Shown one piece after another: positions 38,601-52,867 of a stretch of 64,000 bases of DNA (position 1 is the stretch's first letter; each line of letters begins with the position of its first letter). The DNA is from Lingula anatina (taxonomy: Eukaryota; Animalia; Brachiopoda), in the NCBI GenBank assembly GCA_051362555.1, contig CM120641.1:41174401-41238400 (forward strand), given 5' to 3'. A program made the translations under genes and the position numbers. The notes beneath the pieces are model-generated. The model made no database searches and was not told the origin of the DNA. It was given only the letters and a program-made list of their open reading frames with translations.

Positions 38601-41600
38601 GAAATCATAAATTGTGAACAACTTATACAGTCCAATGCGTGTTACTGATATGATAAATAGAAAAACCATATTTCATTAAAAATGATAAAAAAGATTTTAA
38701 AAGATTTTATTAAAAATTCTGTACTACATAAAAGCAAAATAATATTAAAACAGTTTTTATTTTGGCGAACTCTATATTTCTTACACATCTTCAGCATTGC
38801 TGTTTGACCTTCTTCATATGATCTCTTTTACAAAAACAAAAAGAAATGTGCAACCTATTTAACAATATGTGAAACACACATAAATTACATAAAAGAACAC
38901 CAAAGTAAACTGCTGATTTAATCAAGGCCCAATTCCACTCCTTTTACATCAGCACTACCCTTGCTGGGAAGGAAAACAACATAACTGTGAAAAGCTGTGA
39001 TTGTTCAAGATTTTGCATGAGTTTTATATTACACACCTGTCTGGCAAAGGTATGAAATTTGTCATGGAGACTGCCAAGACTGCTAAGTCAGTTGGTTTCT
39101 TATGGAGCACGCAAAATTCGCGTAACTGGATTTTGAATCTTGCCTCAGGACAGCCGTTGTTTTGCACTGTTCTTAATCTACTCAGATTAGAAGTACAAAA
39201 AGAGAAAAAGACAGCAAAAAAATATGAAGATTGCATAACAATCCTCAGATGTTTCCTGGCATGGTGTTCCATGCATTCCATTCCACCATTCATAGTGAAA
39301 GAAAAAAAAATCTGGCACATGACATCGAGAAAGGCAACTTAAGCAAGGCAGTAGTGAAATTATTCCTTCCCTTATTATACATTTTTTATTATGATAATTT
39401 AGGAACAAAAGACTCAAACCGTTATCATGCTAATTTCAGTTTTAAAAAACTAACTAGAATAATTCAACTAACAAGTTTTTAAAGATTTAAGCACAATGGC
39501 ACATTATTTTAACTCTTCCCTTTTTAAACTGACAGCGCAATAAAAAGATATGATAGATGGTGATTATAGACAACATAATCAGTGGCAAACTACTTTGAAC
39601 CTCTAATAACCATACTTTAACTTAATTTGCACTTTCCAAAACTGATGTGAACAATTTTCTATTTCCTTCTTCTGCAGTGCTCAGTTTCTTTGCAAGAACT
39701 TCAAGCATGTAATAACATCATAAAATCAATACAATAATCCTCTATAATGAAACTAATAAAAAGTTATACATGAAAGTCCCACAGAAAAAAAGCATAAAAA
39801 CAATATTATCCAGAACTTGACAATCTTGGACCTCTGAGACTTGCAAAAGAACAGGTACTAGGTTATCCAAAGGCACACAATCAATACGGTGGAACTAATC
39901 TACATTCTGGGAAATCACGTGGGACAGGATATATTCTGTGAAAGAGAAAAAGGTGACAAAAGGGTCAGAGAGAGGCTGAAAAATCTCCATGCACACTTTA
40001 CAAGGTCCTATCCGGATTTTTTTCATACTATTTTGTTGAATTCTGTCCCCTGGGATGTTTTTATTTGCTTAAAACCAAAGATATAGAATGTTGCTTCCCC
40101 TTGTACAGAGGTATGGTTGGTGGAAGTCTTCCAAATAGCACAACACTGGGAGAATGAAGGGTATATGCTGGGGGAGGAGAGGAGGGGGGAGGGGAAGAAT
40201 ACAGTAGCACTTGGGGGATGGGAAGTGAGACACATGCCCGAAAAGAGAGCCAAGTGGGTTAGCACGTGTGTGTGTATGTGTGTGTGTGCATGCATTCGTG
40301 CCTGTGTGTGTGGGGGTGGGGGGGGGGGGGTGGGGGGGTGGCAGGGTTCACTGCAATTTAAAATTAAAACTGCTTTATTTTATGTTTACTATATATGTTA
40401 CGTAAAATCCTCTGTAACTCATTACAAACAAACACTAAGATGCAAATGAATGAAACATGTGGTTTGAAGCAAAAATAATTGATTGCAAGTATAATTTTTC
40501 TTTTTGACAGAGAAAATGTCTCTCGAAATGGCACAGGTAACAGTTCTTTTAAAAGAAAAATAAATCAAGTATGTTACTGATAAGTACTTTACAACTTACA
40601 TAAAAATCTGATTTTAGATTTCACCAGAGTATTATAAAATGAAGAGATTGTGATGACTGTCAGTCAAGAAAACATAGACAGTGAAACTGACACATATACA
40701 GACGTTAAACACAAAAACTGAAAATTTTAAGTCAGTGGAGTGAAGGTAAGTTTTTTATTGACATTTTTTCAGCATTTTCATGTCAACACCAGGTACAGAG
40801 TATTGAAAAAAAAAGTAATATTTATTAAATGGGGGTTTATATGTTTAATTCATTGTGTTAAAAAATACAAAAAAATTGTTTACCTATGTGTCTACATATA
40901 AAAATGATCCAGAAAATGCATCTGGATACAATGTTTGAAAGATATGGATAAGATTAAACTAACATATTTCATTTTGAAAAACAAAGCAAAAATCTGATCA
41001 AAATATTATGGCGTGCCTTGAGCCAATTTGGCTTCCTTTAAATTTAAATACATTGCTACTTGCCTAATATAGACACTAAATTGCTAAACAAAGGTATTTA
41101 TCTACTATAATGAAAGAAGCCAAAAATGCCAATAAAATTCTCAGAAATCTCATTACAACAAAAAGGCACAACAGACCACCTAGCACTCCCTGAAACAAAC
41201 TGGAGGTCTATAATATTCAGCAATCCAATTAAACAATTATGTGAGAAAACTGAAAACTTCACCTCAAAATCCTACTGAAATTACAATTGATTTTTAGCCA
41301 GTGAAAAGAGAAATAATGGTCCTAAATGGTTGTCCCTTCCATCCTTAATAGTGAAAAAGATAAAATATTTTAGAAAAAAATACCTGATGCCCCTCCTAGA
41401 AAAGATACGTAACTAAACGATTAATGCTCATACGTAAAAACTGTAACAATTAAGATGTCACAATACATCATACTTCAAATGAAACTTGGTCTGCTGGGAG
41501 TGGTGCTGTCATGCTATGGAACACATTCAGGCTTAACATTTCTCAATCTAGTTTCAATAAGAACTCTGGTCTCCAGACATAAAATGAAAAAAGGAAAAAA

Positions 41601-44600
41601 ATTCTTTAAATGTTTTAATCAGGCTCTGTACAAAAGTTAACTGGAGAATAAACATATCTGATTAACCTTTGCATGTGTTTTCGATGATTGAATTGAACCA
41701 AAAATAACTCCACGGCCATTTTTTTCTTGCTGTTGTTGTGTTCTATATTTCTACATTTGCAATCTGAATGTGCTAATGAAATAACTTGATTTTTCCTAGA
41801 ATATATGCAAAGAAAATGTTTAAACTTTGCCCTTAGAAAACCTACAACTAGAGGAAAACACCCATGCAATATGAATCCCTCTCAGGGCTCACTGTCTGGT
41901 TTCAGGGACAAAAAAATTTTTTGCACACTATTGCTTTTTCTAGCTTAAAAATGCCAAATAGTCCATAAGTTTTCTAAGGACTGACTCAGGCAATGTAAAT
42001 CCTTTTTGTTAAGTTCAACCGTTTTGAGACAAGTTTTGATTTTAGGTTTTGAATGTATTCCCAATCCCAACTGGAATGAATATATCCAAGTCAGAAAAAG
42101 GAGAATACTGTACTTTTGCTTTAATTTAATCAAGGAAGAAAAACTGACTGCTGAATCAATAGATTGATTTTGGTTACCTAAATACATTTTTAAGGTGCAT
42201 ATTTTTAATCATGTAAACATGACACAATGGCAGATCTGATGACTGGTCATTGTTTCAAAACTTAAGAGTCCGTCCCTAGGGGGAAACTAGGGTCAAATCT
42301 TTGGAATTTGTAGAAAGATTTTGTTTCCACTTCTTAAACTTAAAAAGCTGTTAGCTGTGTCTGCATGTCAGATTCTGTTGAATAACTGACAATTTCTTCA
42401 TGCCAAAGTACTCTTTAACAGTTCTCCAATAACATAATTTTCCAGTTTTAACTATTTCAAAAAGCTAATATGAAATGATACTCTATAATCTTGGTGAAAT
42501 GCTTCACTTAAACTCGAGAATATATTTAAGTGTACAGTGATTAGCATAAAATATAAATTCTTTTGCTAAATGTTTTTTTTTCATGCTAAATTACTTCAAC
42601 TAAGGAACTGAGCTTCTAACTTGATGTAATGCCAAGGTTTCAGAAATTGACTGCTAAAAAGTACAGCAAGCTTAAACATGGAAAGCACTTAAAAAAAGCA
42701 TAGATTGAATACAGCATATTAGAAGAGAAATTAGATTTTCTAGATATCTTTTATCATAGTGCACATGTATCAACATGGCCCTCAGGGAAAAAGCTATCAT
42801 CTTGCCCAATGTGGTAGTTTGTCAATGCCTCTACTTCAGGCTGCGATCTTTGCAATGCATCTTTACTGTCATCACATTTTATGTCACTTCTCCTCAAATA
42901 CAATTTAGGAAATTATTGAAAATTGAATCCATTGCTTCAGCAGAAAAAAAAAATTCCAGAAAAATAGCATGCAATAGATCCATTGCAATTCTGCATCAAT
43001 CTCTGGTCATCAGAATTAGATTTAGCTCAAGTGGTCTCCAGGGACACTTCTAACTTGTCAGAAAACGGCTTTTTATTGATAGATGACAGACTACCCATGA
43101 TCATCAGTACAGGACAAAATGTGTAATGAAAATAAATGTGTAGCTGATCTGGTGTTGAACTTTCCTTAATTTAAAGGGCTTTTTCAACATTTGTCTTGGA
43201 TTTCCTCTCGCTGATTTTTGATTTGCGCTGTCTGAAATACAGCAGACAGATGTGATGTCATAATTTGATTTTGGTTTCAACCCCTACTCTGAAAGCTGTT
43301 TGGAGTTTAAGCTATGTTGTTGAATCTGAGGGCATTTTACAATTACTCTCCTGGGGCAGACAGAATGAGGTAAAGGCCTGCCAAAGCCACAGCCAAAGGA
43401 AAAAAAAATATCACTCCATTTTTAGTGAAGGTAATCTACTTTCAATCCACATATCATACATTTGAGACCATGTCCCTGATGATAGTAAAGGTGCGGCACT
43501 TGGGACTACAAACAAATATCATGCTTAAAACATTTTCCCACTCCACGCAATATGCTTTTAAGTAAATGGCTTTATATTCTTTCAACATGCAAAAAACTAT
43601 AATAACAGCCACTTGAAGTAAGGATAAAATACACATATTTGTGGACATTAAAAATAGATTCTTGTCCTTCTGGAACAAAAAGGATGTATCTAGCTTGCTG
43701 CCTTTATACCTCTCCACTGATAAAGATGAGGACATAACATGTTGCTTTTGAAGGAAAGAAAAAAGCATTCACAAAATGTTTTATTTCTTCTGTTTTGTTA
43801 GGCCACTCATGTTGGATGTTTGGTATTAAAGATTGTAAATCAGTTGCTAAATAATAATCACTAAAACCTGAAAATCAATTCTGTGGAAATTGTGTCATAC
43901 AAACAATAACTGTTGGAGGATAAACACTCATTGAAAAAAACAACAACAAAATTTCTAAACGACAAATCATCCAAATATATATATATACATATCTTTTCAC
44001 TGATAAATTGGGATGCAACCCTTTATATGTAGCATAGACATTCCTTTAGCAGATCTACTTTTTATTGATTCTACAATATCTTTCACTTATCTGCAGATGA
44101 CTTACATCTATGTAAACATGAATAACCTTTTCATGCTCCTCCACATGTGGCGACACAGCCTATGAACATGCACCACAATTCATTTTTCTTCCTATAAGCC
44201 TATACTAAAAATGACACAAAATCCTTGAGGTTAATATTTCTATTTTTTACCACGAAAAATGTCACCACTTTTTAAATAAATATATTTTCAGTACTACATA
44301 GTCACCCCTTATAAGTTTAGGGATGGAAATTAAAGACCTTAAGTAATGAAGAAACATGAGCCTTATTCCCCACCCCTTTCCCCTTTGGTGTGATCAAGCA
44401 GCATAAAACTTCTATCTGTGTAAATCCTGATTAAGAAGTAGTCTGGGAGCAATTTCATACATGCCTCATTGATTCACCTACACGCAAGACTTCATTTCTG
44501 ATGTGACAAATTGAATATATGTCCACATGTGAAAAGGATTGGCATGTCATGCTTTTTCAGGTTCAGAAAATATGACAAAATATCTTTAAAAAACGAAACC

Positions 44601-47600
44601 ATTCTAGCCGCTGGGATCAAAACAACAGCATTCTCTATTATATAGTCTGTTCTGTTTTCTAACTTTTATCAAACATCATATCTATATTTGTGTTGAGACC
44701 ACCAAACAATCTGTGACAATATCTGTGTGTGTGTATATACATAAGCACTAGAAAGTTAAAGTTATTTTTCTTTGATATATTTTCTTAAGATCTGCATTCT
44801 GGAATATACCGATATGACTTATCTAATCTGGTGACAGTTAATATCAATATTCAGTTTTATTTACTAGGTTAATTCCCTCACAAGATAATCAGTAATGTCA
44901 GACATGGTGTGAAGTACTGTAGATGGTACTTGATGCTTAAAATCTTTGACTTCACATGAAAAATAAGTAATCTTTCTGATGCTTTAATCCAATGTATTGC
45001 CTGAAATCTGTAATTTAGAAACAGTTTCTCTTGTTGTTCCTTCCTATTATACAGGTGCTACAAAGACAATTCACTACATTTTCCACACAATAAAAACTCA
45101 CGTTTAACTAGAAAGAAATTTTCATTTTTATGAAAAGCAAACGGAAGTGGCCATATACATATGTTTATTTGTATTCAATGTCCTTGATGCTTAGTTTTAC
45201 TGAATGATACAGTGAAATGTCACTGTAGGCAAGTGGGTATGCAGTAATCACGGATCTTCTCTCTCAGACAAGGTTCTATTTTTGGTACTTCCCTCATCCC
45301 TCTATGACAGGAAAGGTGACAAACATCTAGGGTAATGGATTCCAATATGTCGCATATTACCACCTGGTTACCATAGCAACAAACCAATATCAAAACGAGG
45401 AATATCTGAAAACTGATCAACTATGTGTGCCTTTGTGCAGGTTTCTCCATTTTAAACACAATAAAAATTGGTTGGTATAAAATACTCTTTGTCAAATAAA
45501 GTCCCTTTCCTTGCAGAGATCAATATACATTGCTTTTTATCTTTTTTCACTCTTTTGTTTTTAAAAGCACCAACACAAGTGCTTGATTTTTTTTATTTCA
45601 CTTCAAATATCTTTCTTAATTGGCCCTTTTTGTGTAAATTTTGTAGGGATGGAAAGTTGATATCCTTGATTGTATTCAGCTGAAAAAAGTGCACTTCTGT
45701 TTACTTCCCCTATGGTCAGGACAAAATGCATGTGTGCAGAGTGTGAAAATGATCAGTTTTTTTTTTTTTTTTTTTTTTTGCTGTAATGAAAATTTAACAT
45801 GACCCAGATGGCTAACCTCTTGAAAACACAACAAGAAACATTTGTGAAAGCCAAAATTAAGCTAATTTTCAAATTTTACATCATCAATGGGACCACACAA
45901 AGACACATTGGCCTTGTCTTCCGAACTAGTTGTTCTCCAACTGATTTTAAAACATGCCTTCTAAACCAAAACAAAGTATTTTTTATATTAAATACTGATG
46001 AAAAGATAATATTTGCCATGCCAATTTTTAAATAAAAAAGTAGGTTTATACATGTACATGTAACTATTTCATTTTCTCCTGCAGGTTTTTATCATATATG
46101 TTGTTAACTCTTCAATGCTGACCAGATGACAAACATAAATGCATAGCAAATCAACAGAAAAAGATGAAGTCATTAAAGCTGCATGGCTTTATTAAATTAA
46201 ACTTGAAGGGCTTATTTACTCACTTTTAAGTTTTCACTTTTAAAATTAAAAAATTTTATGAATGTTGTGTAAAATGTGGGCTGTAAAATGGAACAAGAGT
46301 TTGCCACATGTACAAATATCACTCTCGCTGGATGTACAGCACTTGAATCAAAGCAACACGGGAGAAAAAAAAGAAAACCTATTGAATGCAATCACTTCGA
46401 TACTTACCAAACCAAATTACAACACTACCTTTTCGTCTAGAAAATTACAAGGCTCTCCAATGCCCTAGTAAAACACCATTTCCATTTCACTAATGAGTCG
46501 GCAATCCTAGACATAGATATTATTAATATCATTATTTCATGGCAAATCTGTAGCCTAGATCTGACTCGCAGTAGTAGCATACAGTCTTCTTGTATCATTC
46601 TTTACAAAGTTATAATATGCCTAAATCATTTCACATTCCCAAAATAACTTCAAGGTTTCATATTAAAATATAAAAGTGATTGAAATTACTGAAAATATAA
46701 ATTAAACAAGACAGTTAATTTTCTATATCTTTAAAAGGTAATCCATAGCAGGAAGTGTCGGTCTACAGCAATTCTGATCTTCTTTTCAGCTTCAGAAATA
46801 AATTATGCCTCACATTTTGAAGACTAAAATTGAAAAGTACAAAAAGAAAAAAAGACATACTAAATCACAAATGTTGTTTTTGTACTTAGTAAAAAATATT
46901 GCATAGGAATACATATAAATGCATCACAATTATGAATATCTAAGTACTGATTCTAAATTGGCATATAATACACATGTAGGTCTCCTATAAAAAATAATGA
47001 ATTGGCAATGTAAGACTGCGAGGTATTCTCTGAAAAAAAGAATTCTTGATATTATAGGCAGAAGAGATTGGCTAGCAGTTAGAACACTTGAGCAAAGAAG
47101 AGATACACCTCTTAAAAGCATAATTACAGGGAAATCTTACATGAAACTCTCCCATTAAGGTATAAAGAGAGCATAAATGAGAGATATTCCAAGGTTTGAA
47201 TTGCACTTTGTGGTAAATATTTCATAATGGAATACTGTTTGAATAGCTTTAATTGCGGTAGGTGAGACAAGAAGCATGTGCAAGGGTGGTATTGATTGCT
47301 GTTATTGACAAAAAGACTAGATAATTGTGGCATTATATGTTCATTACATATCCATCTGAGACATACCAGAGGCTGTGGAAAAACTTCAAAAAATGTTACA
47401 AGTAAGGCTGCATTTCTATGTTCAAGCCTTCAGAATAATTGAACTTTCATATACAATGTTCAAATTTTTTTTTGAAAAAAAAAAAAAAGAAAAAAGAAAA
47501 TATTAACAGCAAAGTGGGTTTCATTGCAGCAATTGTATGATACTCAGGTACTTATATTGACTGCTCCTAACTTTAAGTACTTGGGTAAAATCGAAAAAAC

Positions 47601-48360
47601 TTTGTGGTCCATGATGTTGTTCATGTTGCTTTGCGAGGGGACATGTCAAACAATTAATTTAGCTGATTACATTGACTGCACCTTAACGAGAATCCTTGCT
47701 GAGATAGATCAATCCTACTAGTACGAAAACTTATATTCTGAACACAGCCTAAGACTCAATTTGATAAGTCAAGCAATATCACACGGTGCTGAAATTTTAT
47801 AAGTGTCACACAGTAATGGTCATTAGTGAAATGAAGCAGCTCATGATCAAATGACATTCATATTAAAAGGAAAAATTGGAAGTCTAGACCAAAAACATGT
47901 CAAACATAATTTCCATCAAAATTTGACCTTGTCGCCATCTCAGTAGCCAGAGTTTGTCATCCTTCAATGCATGCATTTCACCTTTCTGTTGCCACACAGA
48001 AAAAAAAATGCAGTCTGAAATTACTGATCGAGAGAAAGAAATTATTTATATAGCCTTCTTAATGTAATAAAAAATATATAATCTAGCTATAGTAACTGGC
48101 TTGTCTTTCAAGGGTATGGTAAAACAAGATGTGACACTGTGACATCAATCACACATAAATACCATAATTCTGAGGATTATGTCACTGGGAAATCCAGATA
48201 GGGTGCAGAGAGAGTCATGCAAGGACAAAAATATATACTTCTCGTCACACAGAAAATATGAAACAGCTTGACAATGCAACTTTATGGATGGTACATAGAT
48301 GAAAAATTAATATTTGATTTTGTCTTGTGTCCCTTGTTATATGGTTGTCCTTTTTGTGGA

Positions 48361-48361
<1 letters not shown>

Positions 48362-48405
<44 letters not shown>
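48362..48405 (+). repeat. G44 homopolymer
   Basis: 44 consecutive G. Shorter G-tracts occur at 34851-34888, 38234-38252 and 40312-40340. Confidence 0.9.
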
Positions 48406-48407
<2 letters not shown>

Positions 48408-49625
48408 ACATCACAAGCTATAGGGGAGGACTCCTGCTACACTAGCAGTGTCCCCTGGGTTCCAACATTGGATGTTACTCAGTTCTTCATGAAAGGTCAT
48501 TCTGTTTTAATTTAAATTATGCCTATGGTATGTACTGTACTAGTTTAGGATCTAATGTATGGATTAGTTATCCTGTTTCTGAATAATACATGAATTAAGA
48601 TTGAAAGAAACATTTACCATGGAAACACAGGCATCTCAAACATATATCAGTAGTGAAAAAAAATGTCACCCAGATTTGTATTTGTCTTTTAGAAAAACCC
48701 ACCATTTACTTACTATAGTAGTGTAATTAATATATCGGTATACACAAATACACAAGCACGCACTAAACTGTTGCAATTACTCATTTTTGACATAAGCTGT
48801 GTTATACGAAATGTATGTTTGAAACCAATATGAGGCTATCACAAAGGCACATACCATATCATTATGATAATGTCTTCAATTACTCATAAAAAAGTGCTAA
48901 TACTAAGTGCTATGCAGCATGCAAGCAACATAATTAGACATGTGGGGTGTAAATGAAACCTTGCTTCTAGCTCACTTAAAGGCAGTAGACAATTTCTTAA
49001 GAGGATGATAATTTGTAAAGAATCATGCCTGCGGCTGTAAAATGCAGATTTCATTAATTATAATTAAAACCATGTATTAATCTGTACTAATGTCAGAATC
49101 AAAACCCGAGAGTCATATATGCACATCTGTACTAATTCTGCACGAACATCAAAGAGTATGAAGTACAACAATTTATGTATATGACCACTTGCAAGTAAAG
49201 AATAAAAATTAAATTTGGTATATCCAGACTGGACACTTAGTGAAAATATAAAATTTAAAGGGAAATCTGTTCTATGGGACTTTTCTTGTCAAAATGAAGA
49301 TCTCGAAGAGTTCTTAACCCCTAAATTTCATTCTTTATTGATTGAAACAACATCTGAATAAACACTTATTCTTTGTTCACAGAATAAATTAAGAATATTT
49401 GAATAAGAAATCCGACCCTGCTATACTTCATTGTTGATATCTATTTTACAATCTTCAAAATAGCGTCATATTGCATGTCTAAATGCAGTCCTAGCTGCTG
49501 CATGACTGCACAATTTTGCTCAATCTAAAACTATAAATGCATAGTTAAAAAAATTATTTTACATAACAGCCAAGTTGATGTACAGTAACATATGCACCGT
49601 AACAGTTTAACAAAGAACATATTAC

Positions 49626-49665
<40 letters not shown>
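49626..49665. repeat. (AAT)n microsatellite
   Basis: Directly visible; a poly-A run follows at 49789-49816. Confidence 0.9.
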
Positions 49666-49783
49666 TATTGAACTAAAATTATATAATGTCACATTTGCCA
49701 CCTTTGGACACTACAAAAATAATACAAATGATATAAACAATAATTAATTAGATAACCTATATAATTATTTATCTACATGTATG

Positions 49784-49816
<33 letters not shown>

Positions 49817-50073
49817 CATTCATATCGTTTTACTACTGAATTCACAGAATGGTCAGCGTGAGAACATAGAAGTAGAGAAATGGTGAGAACAAGAGCAAAA
49901 TCGCGCAATTTGATAAGTGGAGAAGATGATCATGTCTCAACTAACACAATTGCACAGAATTTTCACTGTTGCTGCTGCTCTCTGCTTGCCCCCCTTCTTA
50001 CTTCGAGTCCTTCTTAATAACCGTGTTCTCAGACAGCACCTCTATGCCTGTTACTTGTGACATTGCACCAACT

Positions 50074-50249
50074 CATCATTCATCATTTAGAGCCTATAGT
50101 GTTCCACTGTTGGACAAAGGCCTCAGCATGCTTTTTCCATTGTTTCCTATCCAGAGCTTCAGATTTCCAGTTTGGCCAAGGTTTCTTCTTCCAAGACTTC
50201 CAGTAGTCATCTAATTCATCCCTCCATCGTTTGACCGGCTTTCCTCTTT
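50074..50249 (-). mobile_element. 5'-truncated RTE-clade LINE fragment with 11-bp TSD
   Basis: Minus-strand frame RGKPVKRWRDELDDYWKSWKKKPWPNWKSEALDRKQWKKHAEAFVQQWNTIGSK* resembles the RTE ORF C-terminus. It has a short TGATGAATGATG tail and the direct repeat TTGCACCAACT at 50063-50073 and 50250-50260. Confidence 0.85.
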
Positions 50250-50529
50250 TTGCACCAACTATAGATCTACATCTCTAGACATTTCACTGGTAAAAGTAGT
50301 CTCGCGACAAACACAGCAAACATTTGACTTGAACTTGAAGCTTGTAGATCTAAGACTTTCATGCACGTACCTCGATTGAAAAAAATTACTCTTGAATGGA
50401 GCTTTTTAAAATAAAGATATTTTATTTGTTCAAATCTATAAAGTATTATCTAAATAAAGAACTACAATAGCACAGAATGCTTGCAACCTAGTCAGCGTTT
50501 CACACATTTGTTGACAAAATTAGGTTTAA

Positions 50530-50621
50530 GCTATTACGCATGCGCGTTAATTTTCAAAACGAGACTTGTCGCACGGTTTGAAGAAGGAAACGGAGGGAGC
50601 GAATATAATAAAACTGACCAG
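50530..50621 (+). promoter_or_regulatory. NUF2 promoter and non-coding first exon with NRF1-like and CHR motifs
   Basis: Locally CpG-rich. ACGCATGCGCG at 50536-50546 (NRF1-like), TTCAAA at 50553-50558 and TTTGAA at 50577-50582 (CHR, both orientations). Donor CAG|GTAACA after 50621 pairs with acceptor TTTTCAG at 50867, upstream of the ATG at 50905. Confidence 0.65.
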
Positions 50622-50904
50622 GTAACATGCAAAATTACTTACTGTTTCCGATAGCTATTTTACATTGTCATGAACCTTCTTTCAGTTGTTGTGATTGTGT
50701 ACCTGTTTGTATTTTTTGAAAGTGAATGCTGATACACGTCTCTACGCTAAATCAGGATCTGACTACTGTAGGCGGATTCTTATTCTAGTATTCGTTCTCT
50801 GGTCCGACCACTGGTGTTGACAAATTGATAAAATAATCACATTGATATTTGTTTGTTTTATTTTCAGAACTTCTATAATTTATAGTAAAACCAACTTTTC
50901 AAAG

Positions 50905-52824
50905 ATGACAGCTCGTGATTATATGTTTCCCGTGCTGGCTGTGGAGGATATTGTTGACTACTGCAGAATAACTTACCCAGATCTACATCTCACAGAAGGC
51001 GATTTCAAGAATCCACAGGTAACATTCCTCATTCAGTCATATCCATAATCATAAATAAAGAATGGTCATTCACTGCAAGCTGCAGCATTATTTTCAGTAA
51101 TGCAGGTTACTGTACTGTATATTGTGTTCAGGGACCTTTTTAATTTGACTTTTGAAACTAAGTGCTGAAGACAATTTTCACATTTTACTTGCATTTGTTT
51201 ATATGAAATGAATATCTGTCCTGTTTTGATGAATTGATACTGTATTATTTGTATATATTTTTCTCTATAGCCTGCAAAACTTCAGCGTTTTTACCTTTTG
51301 GTATTGGAAGACACAAGTGGAATCAATCCGGATCAACTTGGACAAGTGAGCATTCTTGGTTGATAAAGAAACAATTAAGGGTTTTACCTATTGTACGGCT
51401 TGATAGATTATAAAGTTCTTATGGCTGGATGACTTGTTAAAATCTGTTGTTGAGGTGAAAATTGGTGAATTCAATCCATTAAATCTGTTTCTTTTAATTT
51501 CTTTGTTAAATCACTGTATATGTTTCATCTGTGATGTCTTGTTTGAAACTTTCCATCAATATTTGAATCAGTATGTTATTTAATTTTTTTATTTGATTTC
51601 AGGCCCAGTTTCATGAGACTGATGTGTTTGAACATCCCACTGTGTACGAGGAGGCTGTGCCACTCTTGAAATTCACACTGTCCATGTAAGGTGTTTTTGT
51701 TCTTAATAACCTTTTATACATATGTTAATTTTATTTGTAGAAAATACCACCAATGGTTCCATTAAATTAAAAACAAATGTAAACATTTGAAGTTGAAAAT
51801 GCATTTGAAGCAAGTTGACATGTCACTTTACCCGACCAAATGTCACCTTACCAGACTAAATGTCACCATATACTTTCAAAAAGCATAACTTAAAGGAATA
51901 CCAAAAAATTTTTTTTTCTGTTTTCCCAAAAAATCATATTTGAATAGATATTTTTTTGTTTTTTTTTCTGTGCTACATATATGTCTCCTAGTCATTTCTG
52001 CTGACTCTCGCTTGAAGAATCGTGCTATTCACAGCAGTAATGCATGATCATAAAGTTGAAGAGGGTGCAGTTTGAAAGCTTTCTTTGACTGAGTGTTATT
52101 AATCTGGTTTATCCTGTAGCATACAGACTTTATTTGAGTCGTATATAAAACTGCATTACAGGGAATCTACATTCACTTAATATGTATCTTCAAAATAAAT
52201 TGCAACTGGCAATCACTAATACTAAAGTAACCATACCAACTGTCTATAAATATGTTGTTTTCTGGGGAATTTCTTTCCTTCATGATTGCTGGAACAGTTG
52301 CTCACTTTGTTTCTAATGTGTTAGGCAAAGGTTGATGTATGCCTGTGGGGTGCAAGATTTCAAGCTAAGGGACCTGGTTGAACCAAGTGAGTAAAATAGC
52401 AACTGACAAATATAACAAAACTTTAATATCCTATTCAGTCATACAGGTCCAATTAATTTAATTGTGGTTGATAGTTTATGGAGTTGTTTTTAGAATATAT
52501 ATGATAAATGTAACTGGGATAATTAGAAGAACCATGTTAAAATTTTGATATATAGTCCACTAGACACGGTTAATATCCTGTACATTGTTTACTGGAAATG
52601 TTGCAATGATATATGATCTTTTATTTTATGTACAAGATTGTATATTATAATGTATGGTTTGGTATTGTATAAAAGTATTTAAATTTTTTTTCAGAACCTA
52701 AGAGAACAGTTAGATTGGTCAGTGCTTTGATCAACTTCAGCAGGTTTCAAAACCAAAGAATGGAGGAAGTTGAAAGACTTAAGAATGAAAATGTGAGCAA
52801 GTGAAATTTGATTATATTTCTCTT

Positions 52825-52867
<43 letters not shown>

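Noticed and set aside
36000-50000. Many 60-113 aa ORFs in the gap, including the poly-Gly ORF at 48327
   Set aside because: Low-complexity or random frames without consistent exon structure; the poly-Gly comes from the G44 run.
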